DNA from: Pristiophorus japonicus
Taxonomy: Eukaryota
Direction: 5' to 3'
DNA: 64,000 nucleotides
Assembly: GCF_044704955.1 (NCBI RefSeq)
Contig: NW_027252889.1
Location: 496,001-560,000, forward strand
The translations under genes were made by a program, and so were the position numbers. Shown one piece after another: positions 54,991 through 64,000 of the stretch. The notes under the pieces are model-generated. The model was not told the DNA's origin. It worked only from the letters and a program-made list of their open reading frames with translations, and ran no database searches. Positions within the stretch are counted from its first letter, which is position 1. Each line of letters begins with the position of its first letter.

Positions 54991-56795
54991 CCCCCAGGAT
55001 CTGCTCGACCTGGTAGAGAATTTTAATAAAGCAACCCCGACCGCTGGTGGCGGGGAGGGGGAAGGCCCCTATCTCCATCTCTGATGTTGGAGAAACTGGA
55101 GATGGTTTTCTCCCCGGTTTCCCAATACACCCCGGTGCCTGGGGCGGAGGGGACCCCGATCCGCCTCCTGGTCTGGCACCCCTGGAAGAGCCTCGGGAAG
55201 ACTCCTCCTCCGTCGATCCTGGGGGTGGGATCGGGACAAAGGGAGGGCCGACTGGTGCAGCCGGGCCATTCGTCGTACCGTGTGGTCGACGGGCTGGCTG
55301 CTAGCGGTGACCTCCCGGAGGAGGACGGGTGCTCATTGGTGGGCGCGGAAGAGGATTTAGATTCCATCGCCAGTGAGGCGCTCGATGTCCTTGTGCCCTC
55401 CACTGAGTCCCCCCTCATTCCTGTCGAGGAACTCCAGGATTTTATGGCAGAATGCCAGTGTCACTGTAATAAGTTCGAACTGGCTGTGGACAAATGGTCC
55501 GAGCCGGCGCTGTTCATCAGGTCCGTCCGCGCCGCCATCAAAATCATTGGCGTGGACAAGGCCGCGACCCAAATAGACAGTCAGGAGCTGCGCCGGTCTC
55601 AGACGTTCCTCATTGGACTGCTGAGGGAGTGGAGGTCAACACATGACTCCTCTCCCTCTCCACAGGAAGGTTAAGCAGAGGTTGCACTATATTCTTGTCA
55701 TTAAGATAACCACAGCTAGCCTCAACATCAACGGCAGCAGAGAGGCACGTCAGAGTTCATAACTTTTTGCTCCTAAAGGAGATGAAATATGCAGTGTGCT
55801 TCCTGCAAGAAACCCACACCGTTCCGGGAGACGAAGCCACGTGACTCCTGGAATGGCAAGGAGAGGTCCGCATGAGCCACCTCACTGCCACTTCTTGTGG
55901 GGCGGCTATCTTGCTGGCTCCACATTTTTAGCCGGAGATTTTGGGGGTCAAGGAGCCTGTGCCAGGCCGCTTGCTCCAGGTCACTGTTTGCCTGGGGGAT
56001 GTGCCGCTCCATTTAGTGAACGTGTACTCCCCTCAGCCCGGTGTGCAGCAAGTGGACTCTTTTAGGCTCCATCGACGTCACCGACTGCATTGTCCTCGGG
56101 TAGGATTTTAATTGCATCCTCGAGGTGAGGGACCGCTCCGGTGCCCTGCAGAGCTTGGCGGCGATGCAGAAGTTGAGGGACCTGGTCGGGTCCTTCGACT
56201 TGGTGGACGTCTGGCGAAATCTCCATCCCAACTCCAGCGCCTTTATTTGGGTGAGGCCTGGAAGAGGAAGGTCCAGAATCGACCGCCTGTACATTTCCCA
56301 GGCGTACATTTCCTGCGTTCCAGCGGCTTCCATGCGGCCGGTGCCGTGCCCGGACCACCACCTGGTGTGGGTGGAGATTGCTTCGCTCTGCACGTGGGTG
56401 GGGTCCGCGTACTGGCATTTTAACAACCTGCTGCTGGAGGACAAGCGGTGCCAGGATTCGTTCCGTCGGTTCTGGTCCAACAGGAGAAGGAAGCAGGGGG
56501 GCTTCCCCTTCTTGAGGTTGTGGTGAGATGTGGAGAAGACTGACGTCCGTCTCTTCTGTCAAGAGTATGCGAAGGAGTCGACCAAGAGGCAGGAGGTCAG
56601 GGTGGAGCACCTGGAGAAGGAGGTGCGCGACCTGGGTCCTGTCTCGGTCAAGTTGTCGAGGACTCGACCCTGCAGATGATGTACGAAGTGAAGAAGGCCG
56701 CGCTGAAGGACCTGCAGCTTGTCGGGTCCCGAGGCGCGTTAGTGAGGTCGCGGATCCAGTTCCTTCGGCACCTGCACCACGGCACCCCCTTCTAC
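54990..56795 (+). mobile_element. Tx1 LINE fragment (end of ORF1 plus ORF2 endonuclease)
   Basis: SLNINGSR, FLQETHT, DFNC, SRIDRLY, PDHHLV, YWHFNNLLL motifs with stops and frameshifts. Confidence 0.85.
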
Positions 56796-59433
56796 TGTGT
56801 ATCCATTAACACCATGTTGGCGCTGCGGGGGCAGTCATAGAGCTCATCAATGGCAATTCAAGCCGTATGTGTGCAAGGACTGTGGAACAACGGGGCACCT
56901 CCTGTGAATGTGCAAATGACCTGTGACTCACCATGTGGCAGAGTCAGGAGAGGACGACCGATCCAGTGAGGATCACGCTGAACGAGGAGAGGAAACGCAA
57001 CCTGAGGGTGAAGAGGAAGTATACGGGATACACATCTTCAACACCAAAAGCCCTCCGATGATGTTAAAAGTTGAACTCAATGACACTCGAGTCTCCATGG
57101 AATGGGGGGGCGAGTCAATCAATTATGAGCCAGAAAGCATTCGAGAGGCTTGGGGCAACAAAACACAACGACCCAAGCTGATCCAGATTCAGGCAAAGCT
57201 GTGCACCTACACCAAGGAACTGATACCAGTTATTGGTATTGCGGACATAAGACTATCCCATGAGGGAGCGGTGCACGATTTAGCACTTTGGATTGTTCCA
57301 GGTGATGGGCCAACTCTTGGTAGGTGGATGGGGAAGATTCGATGGAACTGGGAAGACCTCTGCGTACTTTCTCCCGCAATCGATGTCTCCCTTGCTCAAA
57401 GACTGACCAAAGCCCCACCTTCAGCTGAACCAGGCATCAAAGTGCAGATCCATTTGCAGATTCCAGAGGCACAGGACGCTCATCACGACCATGAGGAGAT
57501 GAAGATCAACCGAGCAGCAGTACAGGCACGATACCCACCACCCGAAGCCGATGATCTTTTCGCGACGATGGAAGAGGCTCCAGGTCGACCAAGCAGAGTG
57601 GGACTCCGGCCGAAACGATCCGAAAGCGTCCTTCCGACGCCAGAGGCAAAATCCCTGGGGAGGAAGATCACGGCAGTCGGCATCACGGACACGGACGAGA
57701 GTATGTCCAGACCACGGGACGGGGGAGCGTCCAGACCACGGGACGGGAGAGCGTCCAGACCACGGGACGTCGCCGCTATGAAACAGAGACATGTGTTGCC
57801 CAGCAAGGAAGACAACTGGGTTTGGGGCAAAGGTAAAGGGGCGGCTGCTGAGAAGGCCAGGAACCCACTATGTTCCAATAAGTTGTTTGCACTGTGTAAC
57901 CCATGTGAGCGTTCTTTCGCGGCCAATGATGTACTATCATATGGGGTCGGGGGTATCTTACAACAAGCCAAAGTAGCGGGCGAACACCAACTGGTCATAT
58001 ATGTATCTGACAAAGTATTTATAACAAGTGAGGTGTTACCACACGGGGTCGGGCGTGTTGTGCAGCAAGCCAAAGTAGCAGGCGAGCCCCAACCTGTTGT
58101 ACATGTATCCAATAAGTTGACCAAGGCTATAGCCTGGGCTCACGGGACAAAAGAGATGTACCAAAGAGTGTCCCAATATGTGCTCGAGTCAGACAAGCTG
58201 CCTATCCCACAGTTTTGGGAGAGCAAAGGCACCATTAAGGATGTGTTGTTTCGAGAATGTCTAACACTGTAACATGATCCGCCACGGACCAGGCACTGAG
58301 AATGGCGCCAATGCCCTCAGTTAGCTACAGTTGCCCAACATCGGAGTGGAAACACCGCAGTCTGCAGACCTACTCGTTGTTGTGGAAGTGCTAGAAAGTG
58401 AGGGGTCAACTGTAACGGCCACCCAGTTTAGGACCTGGACCAGTCAGGATCCCACATTACCGCCCGCCAATGGTGAACCGCTAGATGGGATGTTGCAGCT
58501 TATCCGTCGCAAAGACAAAAGGCTCATCCCATCAGAGTGCCTCCTATGGGGCAACCCTGCAACATTGCAAAGAAAGGCAGGGAGGCTACACACAGTCGGT
58601 GGTCCGGGGCCTCCATATCATGGCCCAGGATCCACAGGGACCACGCGGCCTCCCGCCACTACTGAAAGTCTCAAGGCCATATCGACCATCCTGGGCTTGC
58701 CAGACCTTAGGGTCAGCGACAATAGTCCGGAGCAGGTAGCCCAAATCACAAAGCCAAGCACCACACGTGTCACGGTGGACTCCCTACAGACCCGGCTATT
58801 CCGGGTGCTACGCAGTCACCAGACAGAAGCACTCAGAACCGAGCCTTCCATATAGTATCAGCAGAGAATGCACCATGATCAGAATAAATGATGTAGACCA
58901 TGTTCAGAGCCCCAGATAGGCCGCTAGCACTGTATTAGCCAAAGAGGGGAATGGAGTGTGTGTGATGAAAATGGAGCATTTGATTGTGAAACCATGTACT
59001 GGGCAAACGCAGAAAGCATTTGGACCAGACCAAACTGCGAACTACAGATAACCAGGAACCACTGTGAAAGACCTGGCCCCCAGCGATCCACTAACACAAT
59101 CGACCTCACCGTCAACCACGAGAATGAACCCACCATGCCAAGACTTCAACTCAGGCAATCGACCCGGGGACGCAGGGCGCCAGATCGCCTCAACTTGTAC
59201 ATAAGACTTTGGAGGGGGCGGGGGGGGAAGTGATGTTATATATGTATGTAAACATCACCGATATGTAACACTTGCCACTAGGGGGCACACCTGTGGGAGA
59301 CCCAAGGGTCACCTGTGCACCCTGGGCAAGCAGGTATAAAAGGTGACTCACCATGCTGCTTCTCCACTCTGGAGTCTGAATCAAGAGACCAAGGTCACAA
59401 CAGTTTGAGCTTGGATTTATTCTGAACATAACA
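56796..59433 (+). mobile_element. Gypsy/Ty3 LTR retrotransposon remnant, 5' LTR missing
   Basis: gag knuckle PCWRCGGSH...CKDCGTTGH, degenerate protease/RT/RNase H/IN pieces, RRAPDRLNL end, polypurine tract, 3' LTR. Confidence 0.8.
59234..59433 (+). repeat. Gypsy 3' LTR (200 bp)
   Basis: tgttat...ataaca inverted termini after a G-rich PPT; TATAAAA at 59335; CTCF-like gccactagggggcac at 59274-59288. Confidence 0.82.
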
Positions 59434-59478
59434 GTGATTATATCTTGTGGTTCCTCATCAGTTATTTACTATTCACAG

Positions 59479-59832
59479 GTCTAAAGGCAAGTCCGGTTCT
59501 TATCCAGTCCCCAGAAGTTGTGACGGTGCCCGAGGGTGGGACGGTGCAGTTTCGGTGTACCCTGGAGAGCAGCAATGTGAATGACCGTGTGGATAAATAT
59601 ACTGTACACTGGTACCTCTCACAGGATAGGAAACACATAATATTTTCTCATTATGTAGGTGGCAGGATTTACCGATCACGCGGTTTCTCTGAGCGGTTTC
59701 AGCTTTCCAGAGATGTTGCCAGTAACAGCTACATTCTGACCATCAGAGGCGTGGAGCGCAGAGACAGCGCGGTCTATATCTGTGGTATTTGGGGATCAAT
59801 CTATGGAAAAGGAACCCGGCTGAATGTAACCA
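59479..59832 (+). CDS. Gene B exon 2: germline-joined V-J Ig domain (IgSF V-set, PRARP/VJC1-like)
   Basis: Acceptor ttatttactattcacAG and donor A|GTAAGT, phase 1; 354 nt open; (G)LKASPVLIQSP...FRC...HWY...DSAVYIC-GIWGSI-YGKGTRLNVT; no RSS. Confidence 0.93.
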
Positions 59833-60254
59833 GTAAGTACTTTCTATATTATATTGTTTTTCGACCTAATGTTACCGTACAAATATCTTGTTTAAATGTT
59901 ATACAAACTGTTCCTTTTACAGTAACACTGAGTTTTAACTACAGAATGGAGGGTAAAATCTGGGCCAAACTCAATTTGTTTTTAACAGAACAAATAATTG
60001 TGAGCACATGGTGGGACAAAATCTCACACACAGGATTCAACGGTAAAATACATGTTGAGGGAAAAGTGCAGTAATAGGAATAATTTAGAGAGCTCGAAAC
60101 CATGAAATCGACCCTGATATTAACCCTCTGCCCCCCCCCCACGCTGTGCGGGAGAGCATCGGAGGGGTGGGTGTTAGTGTTAATTATGGGAAAATTGTCC
60201 CCAACATGCCCAAGTCCTCCAGATAGCGCACTCTCTCCTTTCCCTTCCCGATCA

Positions 60255-60447
60255 TGGCCTATCTCACCTTCCTCACCCAATCAGGCCTCTCTGTCTCTCT
60301 CTCCCCCACCCGATCGTGACCTCTCTCTCTCCCCCACCCGATCGTGACCTCTCTCTCTCTCTCTCTCTCTCCCCCCCACCCGATCGTGACCTCTCTCTCT
60401 CCCTCACCCAATCGTGACCTCTCTCTCTCTCCCCCAGCCCAATCATG

Positions 60448-60480
<33 letters not shown>

Positions 60481-60524
60481 CCACCCGATCGTGGCCTCTC
60501 TCTCTCTCCCCCAGCCCAATCATG

Positions 60525-60559
<35 letters not shown>

Positions 60560-60602
60560 CCGTACGATCGTGGCCTCTATCTCTCTCTCCCACCCGATCA
60601 TG

Positions 60603-60641
<39 letters not shown>

Positions 60642-61320
60642 CGCCCGATCGTGGCCTTTCTCTCTCTCTCTCCCCGCCCGATCATGGCCACTCTCTCTCT
60701 CCCCGCCCGATCATGGCCTCTCTCTCTCTCCCTGCCCGATCATGGCCTCTCTCTCTCTCTCCCCGCCCAATCGTGGCCTTTCTCTCTCTCCCCGCCCGAT
60801 CATGGCCTCTCTCTCTCTCTCTCTCCCCGCCCAATCGTGGCCTTTCTCTCTCTCCCCGCCCGATCGTGGCCTCTCTCTCTNNNNNNNNNNNNNNNNNNNN
60901 NNNNNNNNNNNNNNNNNNNNNNNNNNNNNNNNNNNNNNNNNNNNNNNNNNNNNNNNNNNNNNNNNNNNNNNNNNNNNNNNNNNNNNNNNNNNNNNNNNNN
61001 NNNNNNNNNNNNNNNNNNNNNNNNNNNNNNNNNNNNNNNNNNNNNCCTCTCTCTCTCTCNNNNNNNNNNNNNNNNNNNNNNNNNNNNNNNNNNNNNNNNN
61101 NNNNNNNNNNNNNNNNNNNNNNNNNNNNNNNNNNNNNNNNNNNNNNNNNNNNNNNNNNNNNNNNNNNNNNNNNNNNNNNNNNNNNNNNNNNNNNNNNNNN
61201 NNNNNNNNNNNNNNNNNNNNNNNNNNNNNNNNNNNNNNNNNNTCTCTCCCCCCGCCGATCGTATTCAGTCCCTCTGTCTCTTTCTCCCCCACCCCTCCAG
61301 ATTGTGGCCTCTCTCTCTCT
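60255..61320. repeat. compound (CT)n / cccgatcgtggcct repeat with two N-gaps
   Basis: Directly visible; gaps at 60881-61045 and 61060-61241. Confidence 0.92.
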
Positions 61321-63649
61321 AATCTATCTAGGCATAGGGCCAGCAAGTAAATAAAGTAAACAGCTTGCATTTATATAGTGCTTGTCATGATCTCAGGATA
61401 TCCCAAAGCGGTTTACAGCCAATGAAGTACTTTTGACGTGTAGTCACTGTTGTAATGTCGGAAACACAGCAGCCAAGTTGTGCACAGCAAGCTCCCAGTT
61501 TTAGTTGCTGCAGAAATGATGTTATCCAGTTGCTCAGACTCCAAACATCACATTAAGAAATTGATTCATTGGATTAATGGGTGATTTTTATACTAAAATC
61601 AATAAGCCAAAATATTCAATGAACTTCCTTTTTTACCAATATTTCTGCAGCAGGACTTGTTGTCATTAAAGAGTTCCAGTTAATGCACCGTCTAAATGTA
61701 GGTGTTTCATACAATACTCTCAGGATTTTCTCCATCAAATTAACCCTTTGTCTGCTGCTCCTGTTGTATTCCTTCTGTAATATTATAATACATGTGAATG
61801 AGATATAAAACCACCCCAACTATTCACAACATCTATCCATAATCCATTAACTATCATAAATCTGTGTGCACTTCTTGGCTGCACAAATTCACTTTCATGT
61901 TTTTGTCACACTTTTGGGGAGGGAGATTTTAAGTTTCCTGACTGGGCGGAAATCAGACGGGAGTGGATCAGCCTCCTATTTAAACCCACCCTCTACTGGC
62001 TCACTGGTCTTTACCGTCTCCCCCGCTCCCTCTCTCCCAACTCTCAGTCTCTCCTCCCTTTCTGCTCTCTGTCTCCTCGACTCTCTCTGTGCACTGCCTC
62101 CTCTACTCTATCCTCCGCTCCCTCTCTACCCCTCAGCGCCCTCTCTCTGCTCCCAATACGGGTACAGTAGTGGAGTGTCGTGGTTATGTTACTAGACGAG
62201 TAATTGAGAGTCCCGCACTAATAATCCAGAGAACGTGGGTTCAAATCTCACCCTGGCAGTGAGAGAATTTCAAATCATATTAAAAATAAACACATAGAAA
62301 AAAAACCTGGTAGTGAAAACCTGTTCCCAATAAATCCCTCATTCTCCCACCATCAACATCCCGGGGCTCACTACTGACCACGATCACTACTGGACCAGCC
62401 ATTATCCACAGTGTGGCTGCAGGAGCAACAGAACCGGTTTATATTTCTGTCCTACGCTGGTATTTATTGTGGAATTCCCACCCACACCTCTTCCACTGAA
62501 TTTATACTGAAGTGATTTCCAAAATAAGACAGTGATGGTCACCATCTTTAGTGAAGCCGACACCCACCCAACCCTTGGTGAACTCAGGAGCCCGCTTTAG
62601 GGACAAGTACATCTCTTGGCAGCAGCGCAGTAAAGTTTGCGCCCAGGAACAGTTTGCATCTCAGTCAGCAAATTTCAGCAGCTGGGCCCCGAGTGTGGGG
62701 CGGAGAGCTAATGGAGGCGTTGCCCACCTCTTGTAGGGCACTTGGCTGGCTGAGAATGCGAAAATCCCGAGCTGAACAGCCGGCCTAGGAGCACTGTGAG
62801 AGAGGCCTGGGGGAAAAAATACTGAAAAAAACCCCACCAAAACATTGCCAATAAATAACTCACGTCACCACAACATAAATCACAAAACAAATTCAATAAA
62901 AACCAACCACACTTACCCGAGGTGGACATGACTTACCTCACTGCAGCCGCTACAGGTCGGACTGCCCGCTTTCACAGGCGGTCCCAGCACGGCGCTCTAC
63001 TGAGTGCTACAGATCTGGCGGGAGCCATAAACAACCAGGGGCGTTGCACACCGGCTCGCCTCTTCCAGGCGGTAATGCTCCACACCCTGAAACCCCCGGC
63101 GAGGCACTGGAACCTGGCTGTCCAACCGGAGAGCTTACCGTCACCAATTCCGCACCTCCAGGGCGAAAACAGAGGCGACAAGCCGAAAATCCAGCCCAAT
63201 GTTTTTACAGTGCATTACAACCCTCCCCTACAAGTTCAGCACAAGCCTGACAGTCTCCAGCACCAGGAAGGCTATCCCAACTTGCAGTGATTCACCGGTT
63301 TGTACTCAGAATAACGAATCCAAGATGGCAGGCTCAACAGCTCAGTCACAGTAACAGCCGAGACAGCCACAAAGTTGGCAGCATTAAAACCCGCGAGGTG
63401 CTACGGTGCAACCGAGCACGAGTCAACAGCACCTCCCACAGCGAGCCGGAGGGTGAGTGATGTGAGGGGGTTGGGGTCTCCAGTTCCAGGCCCAGTGTTG
63501 GCACTGCTGGAATACCACAAACTGAACGTTTCCAGGTTTGCAAATTTCACTCAAATTGCAAGTATTAAAGGAACATTTTCAAATATTGGATCTATGAGTG
63601 CCCTTCCTTCTATGTCCATCTCCTGGCTCGCCTCACACATTCTGTCCTT

Positions 63650-64000
63650 CGTAAGCTTGAGGTCATCCAAAACTCGGCTGATGGTGTCCTAACTCGCACC
63701 AAGTCCCACCCACCCATCACCCCTGTGCTCGTTGAGCTACATTGGCTCCCGGTTAAGCAACGCCTCGATTTTACAATTCTCATCCTTGTTTTCAAATCCC
63801 TCCATGGCCGCGCCCTCTCTATCTCTGTAATCTCCTCCAGCCCTACAAACCCCCGAGATGTCTGAGCTCCTCTAATTCTGTCCTCCTGAGCATCCCTGAT
63901 TATAATCGCTCCACCATTGGTGGCCATGCCTTCTGTTGCCTGACCCCAAGCTCTGGAACTCCCTGCCTAAACCTCTCCACCTCTCCTTCTTCCTTTAAGA
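63650..64000 (+). mobile_element. L2 3' end / L2-tailed SINE
   Basis: Highly similar to 25435-25800. Confidence 0.8.

Noticed and set aside
59445-60074. 209-aa ORF as a single-exon gene, likewise 7187-7567
   Set aside because: Starts at TTG/GTG and runs through consensus splice sites; real phase-1 leaders exist upstream; the paralogous upstream ATG in gene A is out of frame with the V exon

Overview
Repeat-dense vertebrate genomic DNA with three N-gaps. The CR1/L2/RTE/Tx1 LINE mix and the SINE and MITE families suggest a cartilaginous fish (inference). The only host genes I can support are a head-to-head pair of non-rearranging immunoglobulin-superfamily genes, each with a 52-nt leader exon and one 354-nt exon encoding a pre-joined V+J domain with no RSS. 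Gene A is on the minus strand (leader 26535-26484, VJ 7608-7255); gene B is on the plus strand (leader 44324-44375, VJ 59479-59832). The two VJ exons differ at only 17 of 354 nt by manual count, almost all replacement changes clustered around CDR2. Their leaders, promoters and introns are far more diverged, suggesting V-exon homogenisation plus diversifying selection in a PRARP/VJC1-like receptor pair. No C1 exon was found in the window. The rest is transposable elements: a multiply deleted ERV (15171-22696) with a candidate 2H-phosphoesterase between protease and RT, a Gypsy remnant whose 3' LTR ends 45 bp before gene B's V exon, Tx1 fragments, many nested CR1s, RTE, L2, a Harbinger-type and a Tigger-type MITE, and seven minisatellite or compound repeat arrays.
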